A DNA stretch of 53,585 nt from Octopus bimaculoides (GCF_001194135.2 NC_068992.1:52740746-52794330), one strand, 5' to 3'. Shown: positions 1-12,168, counted from the first letter of the stretch. Program-made: numbers and translations. Notes: a model not told the origin generated them from the letters alone.

Positions 1-33
<33 letters not shown>

Positions 34-1006
34 TGTGTGTGTGTGTATGCATGCATGTATGCATGTTTATATGTGCATATACGGTTGTCATTAGGAGTCA
101 TATTTCTTGATGTGTACATAGTTGCAAGTCGTGTCTGAACAGAGATTCAATATTTTTGTAAGCTAATTATAGTAAGGCTGACGTTAATTCTACCTTGATA
201 ACTACTATGAATGAAATTTATTCTCACATTATAAGTGGTCTTTTCCATATTTATATTTTCGATCATCTGGAGGTTTATTTCTTGATACACATTAGTGGCA
301 AAAATGTTCGAACTGGAAACATATGTTTCAACGTGAAAGGATACAACGTTGTTATATGCTGGAATGTGTATATACATTTGCAATTTGTTTAATTAAATTT
401 ACAATTCAGTAATAGATGCTATATATGGCTGTTATCAACGCAGGACTTATATCGATTGGGCTGTCAACGCGCATACATACAACCATTTTGATTCTTTTTT
501 TGAAGTTGCTCCTAAATTTCTTTATAACTTATCGATTTTTGTATTTCCATAGCACTATGGTGTTTTTCGTGTAACAACTTACATGTTATTTATTTTTTAC
601 TTAGATAATTTTCTCATATTTTAAGCTTTTGTTGCGTATTTTGATTTCGACATTTATGAAACTCACAATTTCTTATTTATAAGACATTCAGGAAATATTT
701 ATTCGGAAGATCAAAGGAAAGTCTAGTAATTACAGTTACAACCACAGCAGCATTCAAAAATTGTTATGAGGAATTATAGAAAAATACCGAATATTCACTT
801 CCTAAGTTTGAATTAAATAAAATTTAGATAAAAAAGAATTTACAATAATATTTCGGACATATTTCAATAATACACTTGGTGTGTGTAGTAATGCTAGACC
901 TTAAACAACCATCCACTCAGGATAACAATCTTATCATGATTATTCGACAAAACTCACATGTGTGTGTGCATGCATATATATATGTTTTCTTCCTCTTGTG
1001 CTGTAG

Positions 1007-1560
1007 GTACGTGTTGGGCAACTGTTGTTCTTTAATTGCATGGAGGTAGACTTCAAAGTGGAAGGTCATAAACGTGTCGATACTCCATGCCAAGCTTTTG
1101 ATAGGATCAATCTCTTATTTCACGTGCCATGTACCCATGTACTATCTTCTCACTGCATTGCTTAATTATTTATTTTATTTAATTTTGTTATTCTGGTAAA
1201 TAGATTTTACTAATGCTCCTTAGGGAGAGATCTGTATGAGCCCTTATTTCATAACTCTCACTGAAATATGTCATTGATTTCATGGTCACAAACCTGAGCA
1301 AGATAGTTAAGGATCTCTTCCCTCTGCTGCAGATGCTGTTTCAGTGTCGTAATAAATATTTCAGATGACATCAATTCAGATTTCAAACCACGGTTATCAT
1401 CCATACGTGGGAAGTGTAGCCTGTCTGTATTTTCATTGATATTGAAGTTCCCTGTAACACAGAGCAGCTTGCAAGTTCGAACACCTATCTCATCGAGTTC
1501 TTGTAGTGATTAGTTAACAAGGATCGCATTACCCTCCAAAGTGGACGTGTTGTACACTAG
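1007..1560 (-). mobile_element. Old R4/Dong-like (RLE-type) non-LTR retrotransposon fragment, post-RT region
   Basis: Manual minus-strand translation gives SLQELDEIGVRTCKLLCVTGNFNINENTDRLHFPRMDDNRGLKS (cf. the conserved ELDRKTRKLL..DRLYLPRKEGGRGL), then EKIVHGYMAREI (cf. K.LHGQ) and SLAWS..FEVYLHAIKEQQLPNTY (cf. EGFIIAAQDQ.LPT). The motifs are in the expected order but broken by stops and frameshifts. Confidence 0.6.
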
Positions 1561-4500
1561 ATACCTGAAATGGCAAATCTCCTTCGATAAACGTTTGTTG
1601 GGTCCAGGTTTACATGTAAGCATTTTAGGCACGGTTTCTTGAAGACCTCAAGTTGCATGTGATTTGGGTCGCGAATATAAAGAATATTCATTATTCCTGT
1701 ATAGTGCTGTAGATGTGTCTATTCACTTTGCTTTGTCATTATCTTAAATGTGTACGGAAATATGTAAAACCATCATTCTTAGTTTGTGTAGTATTTTGCT
1801 TATTCATCATTTTTGCAAATTCGTATTGAAGATATATACTTTTGTGATTGTGCTTTGTTAGAGGAATTCCTGATTAAATTTCTGTGTTCTTGAGACATAT
1901 TTACTACGGCATTCGTCGTTGTCAGCATCAATGTATCACTTCCACCGAAACATGGTCTGATCCACTGAGATAAAATTTCCATAGAATATTTTAACGAAAT
2001 CCAAAGGGAACTGAATGTAATTTCCTGCAGAGCCAGTAAATGGATGTAGATTAAAATCCTTGTAAATCGCATTCCAAGCTCTGATCATTTTCACATATTT
2101 GCATCTTTAAACAGATTTGTGATTAAATAGAATGTCGTGTTGGACTCACAAGCGAAGAAAATCGTGAATGTGTAATAACGAAATAATTGAATCGCCTTCA
2201 TCTTTCAAATCAAAGTCACGATATAAAATTGTTAGCAAAATTATGTTGATCGATATATAACTCATTATGTCTAGAAGATACGTGAGAAAATAAAGATTAT
2301 GTGTTTCCTAAAACAAAAAGTAGGAACGGTCTCTCCTGGAGTACATTATTCACCACAAAACGTTTGTATTTAGGAAAAATTCTTTCATATTATGTTGGCT
2401 GTCTTATCTTTGACGTTGTTTGAGTTGAATAAACGTTGACACTACATCCATATTATGTCTAATGACCTTTGTAAAAATATAAACATTCATAGCCATTCTC
2501 CTTTCAAGTTCGAATGGAAAGCCTTTTGAAGCCTTTTACTGAATGAAGATTAGCCAATACATCACCAGCTGACTTTGTGTCCAAATTATATATAAATATT
2601 CATCTCAAGTAACAGTGAGAAACTTCTTTACCATACTTGCTCCTTACACCTAGGCACAAATGGTGTGGATCTATGGTAAAAGGTGCCCCAGCAGTGAGCA
2701 ACTTTTATTGGATTCGATTTTTGAACGGAAATGGGAGATGAGAATAAAACGTTAGGTCTGGAATTTTCACTTCCCATTTAACCACTGTGCAATGTGCATG
2801 CGTATAATACACATATGCATGTCTCTCTCTCTCTCTATCTCTCTCTCTCTATCCCCCTCTCTCTCTCTATCTCCCTCTCTCTCTCTATCTCCCTCTCTCT
2901 CTCTTTCTCTCTCTCCCTCTCTTCCTCCTCCTCTCTCTGTTTATATGCTGTTGCTTCTCTCGTCACTATGAGTCCATTTCAGTCTTGATATACGTCATTG
3001 CGAAAAGCGATTTTCCCAGTTTCACTTCGGGTTTTTAATGCACTATCTAACCCGCATTGCATATTTGTTCCATCTTCCTTCACCTTTTATAGGCATTCTT
3101 AATACTACGTAAGCTCGTTGCCCAAAACAATGTTACTGATTTCAGACGAGGAGACCGTCTCCAATATTTCAGACACCTCTTTCGCACACAAAATGAAAAG
3201 TTATTTGAAATCAAAGTCTATATTCTGTTATTTTTTTACCGACTCACACCGCAATTAGTAATTTCAGTTATGCATTTTTACAATATTTTAGTTATCTAAA
3301 ACCTGAAAAATATTTTACACATATATATATCTATATAATATGTGTCACAGGTGATCACAGTTCATTGCGTTATATCTCTTGATAAGCTTAATCCGACAAA
3401 ATCTATTACATTTTATATATGTGACTACATATATGATGGTAAATGTGAATAGATGTAGTGTAATGACACAACCAACATGAGTAGTGAATATCGATGAGTG
3501 ATTTGTAGATTTTCAATTAACAAGAACTGGCGTGAGAGGTGTCAATAACAGTATCATTATAAAACCAATTACAATAGAGATTAAGTTTTAATAGGAAATC
3601 AAGACTTGCTAAAATAATCAAGGTTGTACTGCTTGTCTCCGCAGGGATTTTGTGTTAAGATTAAAGCTTCACATTTAACTGAACTTAATATCTTTCTTTT
3701 TGATGTGTGTAGCTATGGAACCTGAAAATTAAATAAATAAAATACAAAAACCATATGTATAATTGGAAAAAAAATACAATTAGCAGAGTAAAGAAATTAA
3801 TGATTGGATTTTTAGCAACATTTTAATAATTCTACTGGTGAAAGCTCCCTCCGGAAATTTCTAGCAGTTTATTCGTGTATTTTATTGATGAGTAGAGGTA
3901 CTGAATTTGATTTAATATTGAAAGGAAAAACAACCAACAGTAACAACAAAAAAAAAAGAAATGAAGGATATTCAACAAAGAATATCTTAGCACCTTTATT
4001 GACTAATGATCTTGCTTGTTGTTTGTAAAGAAGTGTGTAATTTTCTAATTATTACTTTTTTTAACGTACTATAGCTGACTCACCGACACTCCCCCCCCCC
4101 NNNNNNNNNNNNNNNNNNNNNNNNNNNNNNNNNNNNNNNNNNNNNNNNNNNNNNNNNNNNNNNNNNNNNNNNNNNNNNNNNNNNNNNNNNNNNNNNNNNN
4201 NNNNNNNNNNNNNNNNNNNNNNNNNNNNNNNNNNNNNNNNNNNNNNNNNNNNNNNNNNNNNNNNNNNNNNNNNNNNNNNNNNNNNNNNNNNNNNNNNNNN
4301 NNNNNNNNNNNNNNNNNNNNNNNNNNNNNNNNNNNNNNNNNNNNNNNNNNNNNNNNNNNNNNNNNNNNAGACATAAACAGATGTCACACGTAAACATACC
4401 TCGCACACACACACGCGCGCATGAACGCACATCCACCACTCACACACATGCACACACACACACACACACACGCACACACACACACGCACACACACACACA

Positions 4501-6065
4501 CACACACACGCACACATTATGAAAAGGTCAAGTGTTACATACGACCTTTATATGATATTCGAAACGTAAAGGACTGCAAGAAGCAAACGTACGTTGTCTA
4601 CAGATAAAACTAGAGTACTAATAGGCTCTCCTTTAGCTCATGTAAAGGAAAAAAACAGGAAAAACAATGTTCACACAATGTATTAGATTCCGCATTCGCG
4701 GGTGTGGAAGTAATTATAGCGATGTAAATAAAATGAAGTAGTCTTAGGTGGCTGGTAATGTTATCCTTAAAATAAACTTGACCGAAGAGCTGGTATCTTG
4801 GCGTAGACTAGAGGTTCTTATCCAAACTTTGACCTTGGTTCAAGGCCAATTTTAAAAGTACCTAAGGTATATTTATTGTTATTCACATGCGTATATAACC
4901 GGCAATTATTTCATAGACAACAGTGAAATAAAAATTGACATTTGAACCAGGTATCTGCCAAGTGAACTAGGGCAATTGATCTACACTGCTGCATTGCTAT
5001 ATTACTTGTTTATAGCTTTTATCACAAATAGCAAGCGGTTCTATTCAATAGACACGAAAAGCATTTACTTGAGGGTGTTGTTATTGTCTGTGAAATGAAC
5101 TGACACCAACTGATTCTCGGAATCTCGTATTAGTATCGTCTCGCTAGAATAATTCTATTTACTGCTCAGCATTCGACAATTTGATCAAGTATTGAAAGCA
5201 GACCGTTCAGTAACATTACTATAAATGTTTAGACATCTCAGTTATATTTTATAGACTTATAATAACGCTATTTTATTCATCAAAACATATTTATAGGGTC
5301 AAATGATTATAATTATTGCTGTCAAAGACCATTTTTGGTAGACGACTGAAGTATTCATTAGAAGTGATTTATTTACTACACCCACTCTAAGAGGTATCGA
5401 TGTTCTGATTTTCTAATAGCCCTATAAATGGCACTTTAGCAGCTAATTCTGTTAACTATTTTTATCGATAATGTTAATTATGATAATTGTCCAGGATACA
5501 TAATTCCTTTGTAATTCTTAAATAAAAGAGACAGAATTTTTGGTGGCAATCATCTCAACAATTTTCTGGTTTTGTCAGTTACTACTTGAGTATACAGAAT
5601 TGTTGTAGTTTGAATATTTCAGTTTCTGTGTAATAAGTATTTAATAATATGAAGGTTTATGGTTCGAATTTTACTTTAACAGTTTAGCGCAGCATTCTTA
5701 TGAAACGTAATATATGATTTAATAATATGGGTTAGCAAAAGATCTCCCATACAATTATACATTATATTGTCTAATCCACTTAGTGTTACTTAAAGCGTGG
5801 GGAAATAACGTACAGTTGTATTTGCAATTGTGAAAATCGTGGCGGAAATATAGGGTGAAACACTTATGCAAGGATTCGTATAACACATGTGTTTATTGTA
5901 TCAAGCATTTCCAATTACAAAAGTGGTGTTACAAATTACAACCGAACCACGTATTTAACTGGTCTATTATTTTACTGAAAGCAAAAACTGGACGTATTGG
6001 ATTGCGCAATATTTAAAAGAGTCAAATTGGCAGAGGTGTAAGAATATGATGCACAGACATGTTTG

Positions 6066-6215
6066 TGTGTTGCAGGTAGTCGCTTTGCAGTCAAATAGTT
6101 TCGGGTCCCCACCCCGACAACTTAGGCAAACTTGTATTATAGCTGCAAGTCGATCAGTGCATTGTGAGTGAACTTGTAGACGGAAGGTCTGTGAGAGCCC
6201 TTCGAATACATGTCC
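6066..6215 (+). mobile_element. Degenerate 5' half of SINE family C (tRNA head plus CORE-like segment)
   Basis: Aligns by eye to the reverse complement of 44110-44222 (ggcaa..tatagc..tgtgagtg.a.ttgtagacggaa..tg..agagccc.tcg). Confidence 0.45.
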
Positions 6216-6393
6216 GAAATGGAGACGTGTATCAACGTTTAAATTTGGTACACTTGAACAATTGTAAACAAACTTTTCGTGAAAATGTGGGTAGCTTTGT
6301 CAACCCACAATGCTGCGTATGGCACTCATTCTCACTTTGTGATATTAGTGTGTATGGTATGTATGTATGCATGTATGTATGTATGTATGTATG

Positions 6394-6457
<64 letters not shown>

Positions 6458-6809
6458 TGTGTGTGTGTGTGTGTATAGACATCAGGATCATGTACTGTTC
6501 CTCAGTACTCTTAATTATTTCTATATAATTATATATTGATATTAATGTTTACTTTTTGATTTTTATTACGTACTGACCACTGATAAGATCATTAATTAAT
6601 TTTATCCTTAATTATGTATTCATATATATTTATTTCCTCACTCGGAGGAATATTTATTGTGGTATTATATTGATCAAATACACACTTGGTTGAGATGAAT
6701 AATCAGATTTACCTTGTATGTATGTGTGGATATATGTATATATTTTTATATATATACGAACGTTTTTGTATGGGCCTATATATATATATATATATATTTA
6801 CACTTATGT

Positions 6810-6900
6810 ATTTCTGGTATATTCTGCTGATGACAGTAAAATAATTTGTATTACTAAACCAGAAATCGGACGACCTAGAATTAACCTCAAAATTTTACTA
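6810..6900 (+). mobile_element. Possible CR1/L2-type reverse transcriptase remnant
   Basis: LVYSADDSKIICI resembles the non-LTR RT [YF]ADDxK catalytic motif. The match is very short and no other motif is retained. Confidence 0.3.
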
Positions 6901-7002
6901 AATCTCTTTTATTCATTTGTTCACTTTCAGCCTTCTGCTAATATAATGTAATTTGAAGTGGATTTTAGAGTATTTTGGTGTCTATCTCTAGCGTGTAGGT
7001 GC

Positions 7003-7072
<70 letters not shown>

Positions 7073-7869
7073 ATGTACATATGTATGTATGTATGTATGT
7101 ATGTATAAGTTAGCCTTTCCGCAAAAGACACCGGCAGGATACGTATCACACTTAGAAAATGAACATGGGCCCGATTTCACTACACCCTTTATGATTGTGT
7201 TCCAGGATGACCGCAGTCCAATAACTAAAACAAGCGAAAGATGAAATGAAATATATTTTCCTGCTCTTTGAATTCTGTGTTGAAAAGTAACCGTATGGAT
7301 TATTCATACGTATATATTTATTGTAGTTTTTAAATAATCACACTTATCTTAGTAGTTATATTTGGAAATTTATCCACTTAAGAACGATTTTTCAATGATA
7401 GAAGAACTAATAGCACCATCTAATATATATAGTTAGATTGCCAGATTTTAGAGGTGATGTGGTCGCAGAAATTGCCTGACAGCCATGACTGGGTTCTCTT
7501 GCTTGTATGGCATGGTGCGGAGTTCTATTACCAGATACAGTGTCTTTCAGCCGCCACTCTCTTGACTCAGGGCAGTACTACCTACTACAATGGAGCTGTC
7601 ACCTTGGTTCGAGGTAAAACCGAGTATTTTGTTATTTTTTTTATATTAGTGATAACTCGATGCCCTATAACTGGTTGAAAAACACTATGAAGTACTCCAT
7701 GCTTGCGAGATGTCATCGATATGGCATTGCTACCTATATCAGAATTTGCAATGAAACCTATATCAAATCATTCTGAATCAGCTGTAAAATAATGGACACA
7801 TGTTTAATAAACTAAAATTTACCAAGAGCTTGGCAATAACAACTGTCATTAGCATTAGTAGTATATGAT

Positions 7870-8084
7870 GGTGGCGAGCTGGAAGAATTGTTTAGGCGCC
7901 GAGCAAATGCTAAACGGGATTTCGTTCGTCTTTACGTTGAGTTCAAATGTCACTGTGATCGACTTTGCCTTTCATCTTTTCGGGCTCGATAAAGTAAGTA
8001 CCAGTTGAGCACTAGGGTCGCTGTAATCGATTTATCGCTTACCCCGAAATTGCTGGCCTTGTACCAAAATTTTAAGCCAATATT
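7870..8084 (+). mobile_element. tRNA-derived SINE family A, near full length
   Basis: GGCGAGCTGG.AGAA head, GAGTTCAAAT B-box-like site and body GACTTTGCCTTTCATC.TTTCGGG.TCGATAAAGTAAGTACCAG..GGGTCG.TGTAATCGA, shared with several other copies in the window. Confidence 0.8.
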
Positions 8085-10304
8085 AGAATGATATCAATGA
8101 CGTTCTTAAACTACTACAGTTAAGAACATTTTGTGAATCATATCATTCGCAGTATGCAGTATTATTTATGTTATAGCCGTCAAATACTTTTAATACATTT
8201 TGAAGCTCAAAAGAAAGTAACTTAGATTCAACTCAATGCAGAGTTTCTAAGTTTTGCAACATTTGTGTTTGACTTCCATGTGCTGTTGTTGTTTATTTCA
8301 TATTTCAAGAGTAGTTTATTTAAACAGGAACTTGTTTCATTCATAATTAATCCAATCAATAACTCACCTTTGTTTAAATTACTAAATCAATCAGCGTTGA
8401 TTGATTATTCAACTAAAACATTGATTTTATGGCAAAATTCAATATTTGATAATGATAGAATATTTAAATTAAACTGCATCGCTATTGTTCTTTGAAAACA
8501 AAACAAAACAAAAATGAAAAAAAGAAAGAAAGTAGACTCAGTGTACAATAAATACATCTAAAATAAATTATAAGCTCGCAATACTATTGATATAGTTATC
8601 TTTATCGCAGTTGTTACTGTTATTCTTGTTTAGTTCTCATCATCATCACCATCATCATCACCATCCGTCTCCTCCTCCCCTCTTCCTCCTCATTATAAGC
8701 AGTAGTAACATTAGCATCATCTTCGATGATGATTCCATATTGTTTTGATTAAAGCCATTGATTATTCCATGAGAGAATTTTATTTTCCATCATAGAAAAC
8801 TATTTCAAACATTTCTCCAGTTTATGACGTTTCTATTCCTATTTAAGTTAATTTCAACTTTCCGAATCCAGCGATCTGTTTCTTCTTTCATCTATTGATT
8901 TTGAACAAACAAGATGATAAAATACGTGTGGGTTGTGAATGAAACAAACAAACAAACAAACAAAAAAGCATTAAATTAGGTTTGAAAGTGTCTATGCTTT
9001 GTCTTTTTACATTACTCTTCAATTTCTTCTAAATATTGTTCTTTTAAATTATTTTTACATTTCTTTGTAAATTCCGTTTAAATTCCCTCATAAAAAGTAT
9101 AAAAGCATAGGGTCTGATGTGTTATAAAATGTCAGGAAATTTGACAGTACCACTCGATATTTATTGCAATAGTATCTTAGAATACGCCTCAGAAGACTTC
9201 ACTTTGGTGCCGAAATTCATTTTCTTTTCCTTGTTGGTTTGGGATAATCCCCTGCGCAAATTACAAGTTTCTAAGTCATGACAACAGAATATTTCTCGTG
9301 GTTTATTCTTCACCCCTCCTTAACCAAACTACACTTTATGGGAGGCTAAATGGGTCTTTGTAAGTACACAAATTTGAAGAGTATGAGAGCTGTTAAGTAG
9401 GGCTATTTTTCTGCTATGATTTCCTGAAAGGTCTGTCACCTCTGTCTGAGTAATTCTTAGCATTTTCGAGAATACATCATGGCTGTAGGTCATGAATTAT
9501 ACGCACCTACTTAATTATTTACATTCACTAGAGACAGACATTTATTTAGTCAAGTGTAACACTGAAAGTAGATCAGAATTTTATCAGGTCTTAAATTTAC
9601 AGGTGTTATGGGTTTCGGTAAATAGATTCTTTCGGATATATGCTAATAAGATTACTTCAGATAAGTATTTAGAGAAATACATTTATCACATCGAAATAAG
9701 TCAGTCCCCCTGTGTATGTCTTTAACTGGATACTTTCGTGTAACATTGGATTTCAAATGTTCTTTAAAAAATCTGAATACTTTCACACAAAATGAAGCGA
9801 ATGTACGCGACTAATCAGATGTATGTATATACACACACAATTATATATACATGTGTGCACATATATGTATGTGCGTGTGTGTGAGGGGGTGAGAGAGAGA
9901 AGGAGAGAGTACTATGTGCCGTGTATGCTTCTGCTATGTAAATATTTACCTTCCTATGTGTACAAGACATCCCCAAATATATCTACGTAATGAATGATTA
10001 TAAAGTTCATGTATATTAAAATTTGAAACCATTATGAATATTAAAGAAAGTCGCTGAGCTTTCAGAACCAATAGCACGCCGTATAACACGCTTAGCGGTA
10101 TTTCGTCCATCGTTACGTTCTAAACAGGAAAGTTAGATGATTTGAAAGACGAGCTAGTTTTTGATGCAGTTTCTCTATATGTCTCCAATGAAGTCTAATG
10201 TCGGCTCCGTACCGATTAGATAATACAGTTCTATATTTAAGAGATGAGGAATTATTTACATTATTTACATTTGACGGATATTCGTCCTCATCTTGTTTGT
10301 TGTT

Positions 10305-10350
10305 AACACAACGTTTCGGCTGATATACCCTCCAGCCTTCGTCAGGTGTC
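10305..10350 (-). ncRNA. Minimal type I hammerhead ribozyme motif
   Basis: Minus strand GACAC-CTGACGA-A-GGCTG-GAGGGTATAT-CAGCC-GAAAC-GTT-GTGTT: CUGANGA and GAAA cores, 5-bp stem II, loopless palindromic stem III (ACGT), GUU cleavage triplet and stem I GACAC/GTGTT. Confidence 0.72.
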
Positions 10351-10449
10351 TTGGGGAAATTTCGAACCTGGGTTCTCATTCCTATCGATGTTACTATTAT
10401 TATTATTATTATATTATTATTATTATATTATTATTATTATTATTAATCA

Positions 10450-10521
10450 GGTCGCTGCCGTGAATCGAACTCGGAACCTTGGTGTTAGTAGCCCGCGCTC
10501 TTAACCACTACGCCATATGCC
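10450..10521 (-). promoter_or_regulatory. tRNA-derived internal Pol III promoter (A box 10505-10515, B box 10462-10470)
   Basis: TGGCGTAGTGG matches the A-box consensus TRGCNNARYGG and GTTCGATTC matches the B-box consensus GWTCRANNC. The same boxes are present in the copy at 33816-33886. Confidence 0.75.
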
Positions 10522-10788
10522 CGTTCTAAGTTCAAATTCCACTTCCTTTCCTTTTGGAGTCGAAAGAATGGATACCAGTCGAGGACCGGATTCAATGCAA
10601 TCACATTCGCCCTCCACTCAGACACTGCTGGCCTTGTTCTAAAATATCAAACTACTGTTTCATAACTCTTACATTATTGTCTTCGTCTTTTTTGTAGTTT
10701 TTATTATACTTATAATGGATTGAGCGCTGAAAAAGCTAACAAGCAAAAAAGCACGCATATCAAGCTGGAACTGTTCTGAATGTCTTAT

Positions 10789-10912
10789 TTCTTTATTGCC
10801 CACAAGGGGCTAAACATAGAGGGGACAAACAATGACAAAGGGATTAAGTCGATTACATCGACCCCAGTGCGTAACTGGTACTTACTTTATCAACCCCGAA
10901 ATGATGAAAGCC
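10789..10912 (-). mobile_element. SINE family A 3' part with variant tail
   Basis: The reverse complement contains CTTTCATCATTTCGGGGTTGATAAAGTAAGTACCAG..CTGGGGTCGATGTAATCGACTT. Confidence 0.75.
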
Positions 10913-10948
10913 AACTCGTACAAATGTAAAGCAAAAGTCAAACATGAG

Positions 10949-11032
<84 letters not shown>

Positions 11033-11052
11033 TTAATAATAATAATAATAAT
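10949..11052. repeat. (ATA)n microsatellite
   Basis: Direct reading. It explains the poly-Ile ORFs on both strands. Confidence 0.97.
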
Positions 11053-12066
11053 CATAGTAACGATGATGTTGATGATAATAGGAGGAAGTTGCTTATTAAT
11101 TAGGCATGTAACAATTACTAAAAGGACTAACAGGTTTGACCATCTGGCAATATTTTCATAAATTGATGTACTAAGAAATTTCCCAAAATTTCGATTTTTC
11201 AAGTTTATTGAATTTATTTAACTCCAATTTCTGAACGTAGATTTAAATATTTACTGCGTCCAATTCATCACAAATTTAAATTTTCATTGCATTCCCTGCG
11301 GAGCATTTCATTTTCATTTGTAAAGTCTCTCATGAGTTGTGTAGTGGTAGCAAACAAAAGCACGAAATACAGCCATATTTTCTCTTCGGCCTGCTCCTCA
11401 TCGACTTCTTAAAATTCTATTGGAAAAAGAAAGTGAGGAAGTTATGTGCAGCCCATTCATCCAAGAAAGTTTGTTTAAAAGTGAATGAATGCCCGATTGC
11501 TCTAGTGAATGGGTCTATTCTAAGCTGAAACTAAGACGTTGAGGTGTAGGAGGAAAGGAAAGCACTTGGTATGGTATTCGTAGTAAGTAGGGCCCCGGAA
11601 TTATGGCGATATTTCCTGCATCTGGGTGGAGATCCCCTTATTGAAGAATTTGCTAGAAATATTTTTATTTTTCTATTGTTTACATAGCTTTTAAGAAAAT
11701 AAACACACTCCTTTGTCTTTGTCTTTTAAATTTTTTCGCCGCCATTGTGGACATTAACACAAAGTGCAACGTGTCAATCGTGGCTGTCAGGCACAGGTCG
11801 ACAGGCAATGATCGTGGCCCAGATAGATGCATTTAAGTTATGGGCGTTTTTTGGGTCCACTCTCATTCAAACGCTCCAATACACACCAACTTTTCAGATG
11901 ATGTAAAACTTGCCAAGAAGATACCTTAACTAAATTTCGTTTTTTATGCGTGCATTTTCATAAAATGTGCTCACCAGTCCATGCTCTGTAAGTGCAAATA
12001 CCAGTGTTTTATGCGTTAAAGAATGTATGATTCGTAATATAATTGTTATTCTTATTATCATGGAAG

Positions 12067-12168
12067 CCAGCGAACTAACAGAATTTTTAGCTTGCTGAGG
12101 GAAATTTGGTCCGACATTACGTTCTGAATTCAAATCCACCGAGGTCGACATTACGTTTCATCCTTTCG
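12067..12168 (+). mobile_element. SINE family A 5' half, truncated at an R4-like fragment
   Basis: CGAACTAACAGAA..ACGTTCTGAATTCAAATCCACCGAGGTCGAC..TTTCATCCTTTCG, then an abrupt switch of sequence at 12169. Confidence 0.65.

Larger units (their letters stand above)
10124..10521 (-). mobile_element. Composite element copy 1: tRNA-like head, (TAA)n, Penelope pseudo-LTR and ORF N-terminal tail
   Basis: The minus strand reads GGCATATGGCGTAGTGGTTAAG...GAGTTCGATTC..GACC, then (TAA)n, then the ORF 10113-10379 MRTQVRNFPKTPDEGWRVYQPKRC...RYGADIRLHWRHIEKLHQKLARLSNHLTFLF. That C-terminal part resembles the N-terminus of Penelope ORFs (YG..R..EKL..KLA...NHL.FL). The unit has an 8-bp TSD and a second copy at 33631-33998. 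Confidence 0.85.
10050..10653 (+). mobile_element. SINE family A copy split by a later insertion (halves about 10050-10123 and 10522-10653)
   Basis: The 5' half ends ...CGTTACGTTCTAA and the 3' half resumes CGTTCTAAGTTCAAATTCC. The 8-bp CGTTCTAA is duplicated at 10116-10123 and 10522-10529. Confidence 0.75.

Noticed and set aside
1800-2072. 90-aa minus-strand ORF with a hydrophobic N-terminus
   Set aside because: No splice or homology support, and it lies next to a decayed LINE. ORFs of this length are expected by chance in six frames.
7441-7678. GC-richer island with possible exon 7551-7613 (one frame gives DSGQYY)
   Set aside because: The Ig-like motif lacks the following Cys, two frames are open and the donor is weak, so it cannot be assigned.
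10450-10521. Functional tRNA gene (apparent ACT anticodon)
   Set aside because: Acceptor and anticodon stems pair poorly, there is no T-run terminator, and it is embedded in a repeated mobile unit. It is treated as a tRNA-derived promoter.
11840-11925. LGPLSF..FSDDVKL resembling a CR1 RT
   Set aside because: The motifs are in different frames with too short a spacing, which is insufficient to call.
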